This document shows positions 12,790 through 25,300 of a stretch of 64,000 bases of DNA, one piece after another. Source of the DNA: Lama glama (lineage: Eukaryota). The stretch is from NCBI GenBank assembly GCA_028534125.1, contig CM052817.1, positions 50,222,001-50,286,000 of the forward strand. Direction: 5' to 3'. Below the pieces are notes generated by a model. That model was not told the origin of the DNA, searched no databases, and saw only the letters and a list, made by a program, of their open reading frames with translations. The translations under genes were made by a program, and so were the position numbers. Numbering within the stretch: position 1 is the first letter of the stretch; each line of letters begins with the position of its first letter.

Positions 12790-14100
12790 AAATTTTAGTT
12801 TGTTTAGGTTGTGCCTGAGGTTCCTATGGGACACCTACATGGAGACATGTAGTAAGTAGTTGGAAGGAGCTCAGACAGAAGTATGTTCTCTAGATAAGTA
12901 TTTGTTAATAATTGATATGTAATCTATGTAGATAGTAGAGATCATAAATGTATATGTGATCACCCAGGAAGAGTGTGTAGATTAAGAAGAGATTTTGCAC
13001 CAAGGATGAGACCTAAATGTGTACTGTCAGCAACTGGAAGTAGAAGAAGATTCTATAAATTAGGATTAGATGACCTAGATAGGAATATTAAAGGGAAAAC
13101 CAAGAAAGTGTGGGGAAACTGAAGCCAAGAAAGAGAAAGTCGCCTGTATAAAAATACTGTTACATGATGAGGTTTGTTGCATTTATTTAGCAGCAAGTAA
13201 GTCATCAATGAAAATATTTTAGGTGGAATTATGAAGGATAATTCTAGTGGTTGGGTAATTATAAAATAGAAAAGAATCACGGTCATAGTTAAATCCTAAT
13301 GAGAAGGAGTTAGAAAAGGAAGAGTTTGAAGCTAAGGGGAGGAGTAGAGAAAATCAACAGAATAAATGGCAAAGAGAAGGATGATTATTAATGCTCAGAG
13401 CTTTGTAGGTTTTGTGTACGGGAATTCAAAGAGGTTCCCTTCTTATCATTTTTATGATAAAAAATCAAGGACAGATCAAGTTGAGATTTCAGGACAAAGG
13501 AGAACCTTTGTGAAAATGAGAGAGTGAGTTAAGGAGAACTGTTAGTATTTCCAGGAAGTATAGGAGGATCCAGGTACTCTTGGTGATCACAAATTAATAG
13601 TTGGATCAGTCTAACCAGTTGTAGGTATTTTATAAGATGAAGCTGCAGAGAAGATGGACATTTTTGTTCATTCAAAGTTAGGTTTTGTTTGGTGTAGGGA
13701 AGGATAGGAAAATGAAGAAAGGACACTGAGAATAATGACAAAGGATGACAAATCATTAGGATTAGAATAACTAAAGATCAAATGCCATGAGCTCAATAGT
13801 CATTATGATAAAAATAGATATAAATGGGGGTCAGTATATCATAGGGGTCCTGATGAGGTTGGTATAGTAGGGAATGATTAAATGAAAGAACTTAGAGGAT
13901 AAGAGGCTGTGTTCAGAAAGTGAGGTGAATGAATCCACTATTTCAGAGGAGAAATTGATTCAGGTGATGAAAATATGCATGTATGCTTATGAAATGTGGG
14001 GCTGAAGTGGTGTTGAGATCACTGAAGTGAGATAGTGAAGTAAATGATTGGATTGGTTGGTGAATTGATCACACAACTGAAGATAAAAAGTTTCCAGGTT
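12790..14100 (-). mobile_element. Degraded L2 fragments
   Basis: Purine-rich plus strand with L2-like motifs (gtgatcacccaggaagagtgtgtaga...). Boundaries approximate. Confidence 0.6.
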
Positions 14101-14294
14101 AATTGTAGGACATGTAAGAGAAGACAAAGTTCAAAGGGTTGTATCATCACATGGCATGCTCCTCAAGTGAATAATGATCCATGAGGAGAAGAAGATAGCT
14201 GTGGAATCCAGATTCTGAGGCTTATGTGAATGACTAAATAAATGTGCTGCTCACTAGAGCATGCAAGAAGATGTCAGATGTCATTCAGGAGAAT

Positions 14295-14690
14295 ATTAGT
14301 CAGAATAGGCTAGCTTATGCTACTAAAACAAACAGCATCTAGGTCTGAGGTATTTATATAATAAATGTTTATTGCATAGAAGTCACTGTAGGGTTGAGTG
14401 ACTCTCTCAGACAGCTGTCCTCTATAGGGTGGCTCACCTGCATATTTTCATATCATGGCACCTGCATAGCAAGATATGTTTTCCATAAGTAAATGTAGAG
14501 AATGTAGAAAATCACATACTGACTTTTAAATACTTCTCCAAAGTGATTCAGTGTCCCTTCCACTCACATTTTACTAGGCCATGAAAGTTATATGGTCATA
14601 CCTCACTTCAAGGTAGGCCCCCACATATTCACTCAGGAACAAAGAAAATAAGAAATGGTGATAAGCAGTAGTAATGCCTCCTTCAAGTGG
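14295..14690 (-). mobile_element. Old MaLR LTR (MLT1J/K-like)
   Basis: agtcagaataggctagcttatgct...aacaaac...cccttccactcacatttt...ggtcatacctcacttcaagg. Confidence 0.7.
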
Positions 14691-15989
14691 TGTACAAAGA
14701 TTTCAATTAAAACATGTAATAAAAGACAATTTTATTAAAGAAGTGCAAGATTTTGGAAAGTTTTTAATCAAGGAATGCAAATTCCAGAGTACACAGTAGG
14801 TGAAGAGGAGCAGTGAAAAACTGTGTTAAAGAAGACAGGCTCCTGTCAGGTTTAGGATGATGCATGAGGAATATAAATAGCTAGAAGGGCTTGTATTAGA
14901 GTGTTGGTTTAGGAATATAGGAATTACATACATGAAAAGATCAACTGGTCATCAGTTTGCCAAAGATCATATATTACAGCTTCTCAAATTTGTGCACTTA
15001 CGTTGGTGTCAGTAGCTTTAAGGAAGAGACAGATTCATCACATATGTTGTAATGCATAGGGGTTGGGGTGGGACGTTTTCAATGTGTTACAGTAATTATA
15101 CAGCCAGAATCTCAGCAGTGTTTTGTTTTCATAATCTTTCCCACATCTTTATTTGTAGTCTGTATTTCTAACACTTCTGCATATATGTCTTAAAACATAC
15201 TGACATTCATTTATTTTAACTTTATTATTTTCAAAGTCAATCTTTTACTTTCATCATTTTTATTCCTACCTTAATTATTCTCTACTATTTCTATTTTGAT
15301 CTTTCCTTTATTAATCTTTCCTTTATTTGCCTAGTATCCCTTAGTCCTACTTCCTAGAGGAACTTATTTTCTCCTTCTCGGTGACCCTGGAGAAAGTCCC
15401 TGTCATGAACCCGTGAAGAGTGAAGTATGTCGGCATATCTCACTTTGAGGGGATAAACAGATATATAAAAATAAAAAACCTGAATTATGAAGGATGGCTT
15501 AATACTAAGGAATTAGAATATCACTCTTAAATTGATCTAGCCTTAATTGTTAGCTTTTTGGTTTAAAAATACATTTCATGAGAAGTTTAGACTTTAAGAA
15601 AAGTAATATGAGAAAAGAACGGTTTATGGGTCATGATATTGTCATCTAAGTCCTTGAGAACCAATATTGCTCTACAATTCCAAAGATAATTGTATGTGGC
15701 CTACCCCATATTTAATTTAGTACTTCAGAATTTCTAAAGTGATTTTCAATGGTGATAATGTGCCATTTTGAGACTGTCACATTGTTAAATGTTAAAATAT
15801 AGATTATGTGAAATCAAATGGCTTCTAAACTGTGTGCATTTTCAATATGGCTTGATAAAAAAATAATTTCATTATTTTAAACTCCATTAGAATAATGGAT
15901 ATAAATGACTTGTGACATTAATTTTCTTCTATATCCACTTTAGCCACAACTCCATAACCCATATCAGTCACCTTAAAGTTTCAACATAT

Positions 15990-16330
15990 TAAAAAGACTT
16001 GCTGATTGGGGATAACATTATGGATGGCAGTGAACAATGAAGCTGAGATGGATGCAAGGCAGATTATTAGATTAGTCAAGTACCTAACGGATGTATGGAG
16101 CTACCCAAGAAGCTAAAGTCTGTGAATTCAGAAAGTTTCCTAAATTACAAGAGAAGAACTGGTGGGAATCAATTGAAGAGGCAGAAATAATTCAGTTGTT
16201 TGGCTTTGAAACCAACTCAGTATGACTGCCCAGTAGAAATAATTAGAATTGATATTTGTCTTGTCCTCTGACACCGTATCAAATTGGTGAGAGGCTCCTG
16301 AAAAAGGGTTAGATAGCATATAATACATAA
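15990..16330 (+). mobile_element. CR1/L3 fragment
   Basis: ttgctgattggggataacattatggatggcag...attagattag resembles the CR1 RT region after FADD. Heavily decayed. Confidence 0.45.
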
Positions 16331-16794
16331 GCTTTCACCAAAGTTATGTCAGAGCATTTTGAAACTAGGATACCTGGAACTCAGTTCTAGCTCTGCCACT
16401 GCCCAGTTAGGGGACCTATTTGATCTTCATGTATCTCACTAGGGAACCATGTGATCAGAGCTAGTAGTGTTCCATCAACGCTCTTTGTGCTTCTTCATGT
16501 GAAACGTATGCGGAGTTGGCCTTTCCGCTGGTCAGAGTGATTTAAAAACATTTTTGATAATTTTTCTTTCCTTTTCCTTTCCTTTTTCTTCTTTCTTACT
16601 TTTCTTTTCCTTGCTCTTTTATTTTCTATCTTTCTCCTTCTCTTATACAAATATTTATTAAACAATTCCACTATGCTAGGCATTGTGCTCGCCTATGAAT
16701 ACTGCATTTATATCTAAAGAAAGAAAATATATTACTGAACACATGATGGCAGGTCACCTTTAGTTAAAAGAACTTTATAATGTAGATGGCAGCC

Positions 16795-16838
16795 CTCTCT
16801 CTCTCTATCTTTATCACACACACGCACACATACACACA
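16795..16838. repeat. Imperfect (CT)n/(CA)n microsatellite
   Basis: Direct read. Confidence 0.85.
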
Positions 16839-18199
16839 GAAGAATTACAGGCAAAGCCCTGCTGTTTCTACCATGCAGTGATGCATAATTTAAAGGAATA
16901 CATTATAATGAGAGATTATTTCTCAGTCTGCAAGCTATGGGGATTTATGTAGGATTGGCTTCATATTTGGTACTTCAAGAAAACAAGAAAGGATATCATC
17001 AATCATCCTATCTTCATCTGAATAGTCATTGAAGTTGCTATCTGCATTGTCTGCCACAATTCCTAGGTACACAGTGGGCCCTGTGACTCCACTGAGACAC
17101 AGTTGCTCCACGGCTTTTGTCTATAAACCATCCTGCTCTGACAGCTGCTGCAGCTCCCTGCTCAAATGTGTGGTGCTTCATTATTGTTTTTGATGCTATA
17201 GGGGCTTTGCTATGATGTACATCACACTTGTCCTGGTAAACTTGTTTATGACTCATAATCTTGTGCTTCTATACTAAGTTTGTTATGACTTGGAGGAGTT
17301 TTAGATACTTCATGTGTTATTTATGGTTTTTAAGGTGATTCAGATCACCTAAATAAGCAATATTGTTTTAGGTTTAGTTTGAAATGTACTGACGTTATCT
17401 GATTTGCTTCCTAATAAGGCCTTTACTTCTTCTTACACACTTTTTATCATGACACCACTGAAAATTGTTTCTCCCCAGAAGCAGAATTTAGGGACCATGT
17501 TGTGCATTGTGTTTTAATGAAAATGTTAGGTCAGTATATTCTAGTATGAATACATCATTGCCCATTCATAGTACTGTATTCAACTCTGCAAAACTCTACA
17601 TGATTAATTGCACTCAGTGCACTCAGTTTTGCTCGCCTGGCCAAGTTCCTAGACAAGTGACTTCGTGGCTTTGGGTACTATCCTCTGTCTGCTGACTTGG
17701 AATTTGGAGGAGATAAACAAGATCAGGGAGCTTTCTTTTGGGCCCAGTTGCCTGTCAAGATCTGTCTCTCTCAGCTGCTCTCTGGTCCTGCTTGAAGATC
17801 CTCTGGAACATACAGGTTTGGGAGGGACGTGGTGATACAAATTTCTCATGGCATAGATGTGGCCAGTGAGGAGGACTTTGGTACAAAGCAATCCATGGCT
17901 TTGAGAATCTGTCAAAAGTTTGTGAATACATTTATAGATGATTCAGAGCTATAATCAAGAAGGGGGTTAGGAGAAGGAAATCATTAATTTACATTTGCTA
18001 GGGTTTTCTCCAAAGTCCCACTTCTACCCATTGTACAAAGGAAGTCCTTATAAAAATCTCATCTTCACTTTGGTGTCTTTGACCACTAGGACCTCAATTC
18101 CTTTGAACATAAACTCCACTTTTTGTTTGATGGAAATGGATCTTGATTAAAAAAAGCAACACCTCCTTCATATAGAAAAAGTTTATGATAATAATAAAA

Positions 18200-18405
18200 A
18201 TGACACTGATGATAACAGCATTTATCCATGTGCTGCTTTACATGTATTAAGTAACTTAGCACACACACGCATGCAAACCTTGTGACAGATGTAGTATCTT
18301 GATCTCCACTTTGCAGATGAGAAAATAGAAGCACTTGTTGTTTAAAAAGTTTGTTTGTAGTCATCACATGGTAAGTGGCTGCAGAGATTCGAACAGAGGC
18401 AGCCA
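18200..18405 (-). mobile_element. MIR
   Basis: ccactttgcagatgagaaaatagaagc...tcacatggtaagtggctgcagagattcgaac. Confidence 0.75.
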
Positions 18406-19329
18406 AGGAAAGCAGCAGCAGGACACAACCTTCTGCAGGGGCATCCACATATACCGTCTCTGCTCTCTGTTCCTGCCATCCATCGTCCTGCTGGTCTGCA
18501 TCCATTTTAGGAGCTGGTGCCTGATTTGCCAGCTTCCCTGGTCATATGCACTTCTCCTGCCCCTTTCTTTTTGTGTCGTATCATATTCCCAGGTGAAGCC
18601 TCAGGATTAGGGTAAGCACTCACCCATTTAACACCTTTGTTTGCATTAGAAGAGATTTCTTTGCTTAAGTCAGATTTCTTCCCATGATTGTATGGCCCCA
18701 AGAGCCCTATATGGCAGCAGTACTGACTGTGTGCACCCACCACTCTCTCACCCACTCACACCCCTGTAACGGCACTATCCATGCCACTAGCATGGCACAC
18801 ATTCTTGACACACTCACCCCTGCACTCACCCCTGCCACCTACTTCTAAACCCTCTTTGGAGGTTAGAAATTGGGTTCTGAGACCTCAGGGCAGCTGACAG
18901 CTGGCCTGGGCTTAGCCATGTGCATGTTTATATGTGTCTGCATGCACGAGTTCATACATACACGTGTGTGTACATGCTTATGTGTGAGATCTTAAGTGTG
19001 CACAGGACCAGTGGTTATGTAGGAGAGCTTCTTTCAGTAGCTACTCATTCAGTAGCCTCAGGATTTCTGCTCCTGCTCTCACACACTCATGTTAAGTTAG
19101 CAAATGTCTAAGATGTAGGAGAGATGGTGCCTTTGAGTAGGGCACTTCCCCAGTGCTTATATACTAAACCCTACACTGCCCCCACTTTGAGGAACTTTCC
19201 CTTTGTGTAGCCTGGAAGACAAAGCAGCCCGCAGCCTGCTGGTTATATAGGCTTACAGGCTTAAATTTCAGATATTCTTAAAATATGGTTTTACCACCAT
19301 CGTTATTGCCATAAATAATTCAATTTTAC

Positions 19330-19510
19330 ATACATCACATCACTTAACTTCCAGAAGAACCTTGTGGCATGGGGGTTATCCTCATTTTACAGATGAAAAA
19401 ATTGAGGCCCAGAGAGGTGCCATGACTCTCCCAAGGGCACACAGGTAGGGATTAGTTGAGCACTGGTTGGGGTCCAGATTAGTTTGACACCAAAGCCTGT
19501 GCTTTAGAAA
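19330..19510 (-). mobile_element. MIR
   Basis: cattttacagatgaaaaaattgaggcccagagagg...ccaagggcacacag is the MIR core. Confidence 0.85.
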
Positions 19511-22029
19511 GCTATACAAAGCTTCCTCTATGTAGGATTACTACAATAATGTACACAAATAATTGTCTAACTTCCACTTAAATTCTATTTGCACAAATTC
19601 CCAGGAAGATTGTTTTTTGTTTTCTTACATTTTTTTGGTCAGTCTAAGGGATGGGATGACTAGTTCTTCCATTTCCCCAAACAATTCAGTACAAATATAG
19701 GATGAAGGCAATCGGATACACTGATACATTATCAAATGAGAAATATCAGCTATCATGCTCTGAACATTAACTCCTCATTTGAAACAAAGCAATTGTGTTG
19801 AGTGAGAAACTTTTTGACTTACCAGGTCTCCTTCTTGTCAGTGTATCCAGTGCCTGGATAACATATGTTAATTGCATCTATATAACCTCATAGCAATCCC
19901 CTCTTCCAATTTATCCTTTGCCCACAGTCTCTTCACAGTACCTTATCACCCTGCTCATTGCCTTCACTCACTGTAGTTCACATTTTACACATATGCAAGC
20001 TAAAATTTATATTTATTATTACTATACTTGCACGAACTATGACTCTTCCCAGACTCATCTCAGTATCAGCCTTGTCTTAACAGGGTGCTTTTCTTATCAT
20101 CTTTTAATCTTTACTTCCTATTCACCTATCCTAGTTTTTCCCACTAACTCACATTTGCTGCTAATTACTCCATCAACTAATTCCCAACCACTCACGTCTG
20201 AAACTAAAGTCCATTTAAAACCCAGAAGTTCATTTACAGTCCGAAGTTACTGAAACAGTCATAAGGAAAAGGGTAAGCTCAATTTAATCTAATTGATATT
20301 TATTGAGTTCTGTATGTAAAGTAGTGGGTGCTAAGTACTATCTGAGGAAGAATAAACAAGTGAGATGGGGCTGAGGTCAGGTGAGGAAGTGCTGACTTCA
20401 GTGATTAAGTTTTGCAAGAAGCCATAAATCATGGTGATGATCAGATGTTCCTAGAAGTGGGAGTGTGGGTTGGATTATGTGATTAATGACCTTAAGGAAT
20501 TCTATTCTATATTGTTAGGACTCAGAAAATTAGAACTGTAACCTATGCAAAATAATCTCTGAAGGTGAAATTGTAGAGGGTTCATGGAGTGGGTTGACAG
20601 AGAAAAACAGATGATATAATGACCACAGAAAACTCAGTGGGGCTTAAAGAGACAGAGAGGCTTCTGGTCCAGCATTTCCACCATTCTGTCTGGTACAGGT
20701 GCTGTGTTTGGTGACAAGAGTCACATTTTTTGAAGGATATGGTTTCTGGAGAAAGGTCCTATCAGACAACATAGTTTGATAACCAAATGGAGGTATACTG
20801 AGAAACACTGATTTTGTATTACAAAAGTGATGCTTTCCTTATTAATGTATTTTTCTAGATACCTCTATGAGTCATGCAAACAAATATTTTTAAAACTAAT
20901 TAATCTGGGATAAAATGACTAATAAATTCCAAGTCTATAGAATTGGGAGTTGCGGGAAGACCACTTTACTCATTCTCACTAGAAAAAGACTTGTATAAAG
21001 GTAAGATTTCTATTTTGATAAACATGGTTGACAGCTATTGTCCCCTACAAAATTGACATGCTCCACCAGTAGTGTTTCCAGTTAAGGAATTTTGCCAATC
21101 TAAGAAATTTATGCTATAGTATAGTTTCAAGCAGGTGTTCTTTTTTTTTTTTTTTTTGATGCTTTCTACTTTAATTATACCACAGTCTATTTTTCCCCTT
21201 TGATGAACATGAAAAGTGTACTGCTTTGATACTGCATTTGAGTCTTAGCATTGAGATTGTAAAGTCAGTAGACTATTAGTTTGGCCACTCTTTGTCCTAA
21301 GTGTTCTGAAAATACTGAAGTGTAGTTACAAGAGTTTTCTAAGACTGACTGCAAGCTCTCCCCAGAAAAGCTTAAGAAGAAAGAAACATTTCCCCTCATT
21401 GATTACCACATGCCAATTCCATTATAAATATGCATGCATGCTGACCTTTTAGTTTGTTTTCTAGAATGCAAATTCATTAGAGCTCCTCTCCTGTTGCACA
21501 TGCTGTGAAGGTATTTTGGGGGCATTGGAACACAAATGGGGCTATCAGTCTACCCGCTTCATTTCAGAACCCCTGTACAGAGCCTTGTTTCTGGTTCCTC
21601 TGTGGTCTAAGCTCCTGCCAGTCAGCAGGTCTGGAGTTTAAAGATTTCTTTATACTGTAGCTCTACAAGCTTACATGAAGAGCAAATTAATCCAAGACAA
21701 ATAAAACGAATACTGAGTGGTCTTCTCTTTCGGACTTGAAAATCAAATATGCCTGCATTGTTAGATGGTGTGTATGTGGATGCAGGCTTGCATGATACAG
21801 CTGCTAAGCTAAAATAACAAAACAAAACCCCAATTAATTTTTCTCATAGGCAGAAAAAACTCATTTTCATTTGTGTGATTTTGAAGGCCTCCGTTCATTA
21901 CGGCACTGCCAATCAAAACACACACTGAGAGACTGAATAACATAGCACTTCCATTTAGAAAGTTATTTTCAGATCCCTTGTACTAGATTTTACTCTGTAT
22001 GTTCAGCAGTTGCTGCATAATTATTGCTT

Positions 22030-22380
22030 CCTTGTACTGACATGCCAGAGTTAGACACTGTGCTAGTCTATTGTGTTTATACTTTGTAGAAATTATCTAT
22101 AATTCTCATAACAACCCTGCAAGGAACATCTTATTTTCCCAATTTTAACAGAGGAAGCAGAACCTAGAGAAGTTAAGTGTAAATTCCACGTTCAAATTAT
22201 GATTCCCCACATCATCTTATGATCCTGAGTGGGCTTCTTAATCACTCTGGGTGTCAATTTCTTCATCTCTAAAATGTGGACAAAAATACTATCTACTCAG
22301 AGATTTGTTTTGAAAATGAAATGAGTTAATTTTTAAAATAGCATATATATAAAAAACCTATAGTAAATATTATGTTAATA
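22030..22380. mobile_element. Two adjacent MIR fragments in opposite orientations (minus ~22030-22180, plus ~22220-22380)
   Basis: ttttaacagaggaagcagaacctagagaagttaagt, then caatttcttcatctctaaaatgtgg...aaatgagttaat. Confidence 0.7.
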
Positions 22381-22479
22381 TTTGGATAATATTATTACTA
22401 TAACATCACTATAATTGACTATTTTGTCTATTTCCTGAGCATATAAGAATTTTTCCATTTTTCAAATTGCTTTGCTTTA

Positions 22480-24150
22480 GGTACCTATGAGAACAGAGAA
22501 TAAAATGAGATTAAAAATCCTTGGTCTCATGAGGTTTTCATCCTAATAGAGATGGATAGTTAATAAAGACTATAAGTAGAACACATAGCATGTTATATGG
22601 TGAAAGCTGAAAAAGAGAAGAACAAAGCAGTGAATGGGGACAGAGGGTCAGAGTTGGGGTTTCTATTTTTAAATATGGTGATTGGGGGAAACCTTTTTGA
22701 GAAGAGCACATCTGAACAAAGACCACACATAAAGAGATGAAGGATTGAGTCATGTGTGTGTATATGTGGGAAGAGCATTCCAAGCCATGAGGGCAGCGAA
22801 CACAGACACTCATGTGAAAGTGTACCTGGCAAGTCTGAGGAAGAACAAGATGCCCAGCAGGGTAGGGACATAGAGGAGTGAGGTTATAGGAGATGAAAGT
22901 CAGCAAAGAGCTACATTTTATATGGCTTTGGAAGCCTTTGTAAAAACATTGGCTCTTAATCTGTGTGAGATATTAGAGACTTTCGAGCAGAAGAGTGATA
23001 TGATCTGACTTATAGGTTTCCCTAGGATCCCTGTGGCTACAGTGTTGAGAATATACAGAAAGTCACAAAGAGACCACTTAAGAAGCATTGCAATACTCTG
23101 GGCACAAGGTGATGGTGGCTTGAGCCAGGATAATAGTAGTGGAGGTGATGGAATGTGGTTGGACTCTGGAAATATTTTGAAGATACAGTTGGTGGGATTT
23201 GTTGTTGGATAGGATAAGATGTAAATGTGTGCAAGAGAGAGAAATGTTGAGTGACTCTGAGGGTTTTGGCCTGAGCAATTTGGAAGAAAGAAGCTGTTCT
23301 TCACTAAGAAAGACTGTGATAGAAGATCCGGGGAGAAGAATCAATTTGGGCACTCAATTGGAGCATTCAGCCCTTGAGATGTCTATTAGTCATGCATGTG
23401 GAGATGTTGAGGGGCAGTTTGAAGTTAAGAGGCGAGGCCCTGGCTGGAGATTAAATTCGGGAGGCATCAGCATGGAGGCAATATTTAAAGCCTTGGATGA
23501 AATCACCAAGTAGATGAGGCTCAGGGACCAAATCCTGGGTTACTCAATTGTTAACGCTGGTGAGCTGTGAGGAAACTAGCACACAGACTGTAGGAAATAC
23601 CTGGTGAGTTATTAGAAAGTCAGGGGAGTATGGAGATTTAGAAGCCATGTCAAGGAGGAGCAAATGATCAAATCTGTCCAATGTTCCCGATAGGTTAAGT
23701 AGGATGAGGGTTAAGAATGGACTCTTGGATTTAATAATGATGAAGTCATGTTGACAATGATAAGAGTAAGAGGACTTTTCATGGAATCATGGAGGCAAAA
23801 ATCTTATTGGAATGAACTTAAAAGAAAATAGAGGTGAAATCAAGAGACAAATTGTGTTTTAATGAGAGAAAGATTACCATGCCTGCATGATGATGAAAGA
23901 GAGACACTGGAAAAAGTGAAAAATATGCAAGAGAGAGAAGAAATCAGCTGGACCAATATTCAAGCAGGCAAGAGATGATGGTCTCTATTGCAAAGTAGGG
24001 GCATTAACTTTAGCTAGGAACATGAACAGTTAATTCATAGTAACGAGAAAGAAGGAAGAGAACTTAGATGGATAGGGGAGTGGGAATAGTAGGAAAACTT
24101 GTTAAAGTCATCTGATTATTTCATTTTTCTCAGGGAAAATAAGAAAAAAG
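22480..24150 (-). mobile_element. L2 (L2a-like), ORF2 3' portion
   Basis: The minus ORF 23078-23353 (...KSHQLYLQNISRVQPHSITSTTIILAQATITLCPEYCNAS) matches the L2 RT C-terminal motif (SCRLYLQNISRIRP...LVQATIISRLDYCNSLL). Confidence 0.9.
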
Positions 24151-25109
24151 TTCAGGGAAGAAGGATGGCTAGGGTGTCCTGGGTTTCTTGTGATGAAGAC
24201 ACAAACAGTAATTAAAAGCATTATGAAGTTAGTCCTGATGGTCTCAAGGGTAGCCTGAACTGGCAGTGTTGAGGCAGGACAAAAGGATGGCAGTCTTACC
24301 TAGAGTTGCAAAGTTCTGCCATTTTCACTGGACACTAGGCAGTGAGGGTGTGAAGGACCATGAGATGGGCTTACGCCTGGTACTTGGGAATCCCTCTGAA
24401 CCCTGCAGATGGAAAGCTGGAGGAGGGAAGAGGACGGTTTTACTTTATAGGCAGGTCTCCCTGTGTGAGGCTACCTTTTGGCCCTGTTGGTGGAAAGAAC
24501 ACTCACTCAGCTCATGGCTCCATAGTTCCTCAATACTTTGTCTTTAAAGGCAAAAGCTATAGATCTGAATAAAATTTAAAGGGATTTAAATACTAAAATC
24601 AGGCTACAATACTAATATTGACTAGCCAGTGTCCAAGGGCTAATGAAGTGTGAAGATCCCGGGAGCTTCTGTTTTGGATTAATTTCTCATTTGTACTTGT
24701 TTTATTCATAGCATGGGGTCAGTTCTTTTCTATTTTAATTAAATTGATTTCCATCATTTAAAGATTATCCAAACAGGACAGATAATTTTGAAGACGTAGG
24801 GAAATTATCCATCATTAATGAGGGACTGAAAACTATCCATTGAAAGTAGAAAGATTTGATTTCACAAGGTAAAGTAGTATTCAAACAACCCATTATTTAA
24901 AATTAACCATAAAATAATCAGACTGATTTTCTTATGCTGAGCCAGTATTATTATTTTACAGTCAGAGATCTTCTTATATGGTGTATGTATTCATTTTAAA
25001 TAACAGCAAAGCTTTTTGTGAGTTTCCATATGAGATTGAAAATAACATTATTTGCTTTTTAAAATGAGGTTCATCACTACATTCCCAGGAATAAGGAAAT
25101 AATAATGAT

Positions 25110-25300
25110 AGTTAGCAGCTGTCACATGGGTACTATGTGCCAGATATATTGTCTTCTTTATTCTTTAAAATAATTCTGGGACATAGGAATTATTAGTCTA
25201 GTTTTATAGATAAGAATTACCATCAGACAGATTCATAGATTGCACAAACTGCTAGCAAAAAGGAGAACAGGGACTTCGAGTCTGTCTGCTCTCAAAGTTG
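25110..25300 (-). mobile_element. MIR
   Basis: tactatgtgccag...gttttatagataagaa...gggacttcgagtctgtctg. Confidence 0.65.

Noticed and set aside
16495..16683. Lys/Arg-rich ORF resembling an NLS or protamine
   Set aside because: Translation of a low-complexity (CTTTT)n tract.
18086..18755. Cluster of ORFs up to 139 aa
   Set aside because: Overlaps a MIR and low-complexity sequence; no recognisable domain or exon structure.
21465..21510. Plus-strand exon candidate NANSLELLSCCTCCE
   Set aside because: Weak donor (GTATTT), no linkage to other exons, no recognised family.
24754..24868. Plus-strand exon candidate ending AAG|GTAAAG
   Set aside because: Stops in all three frames.
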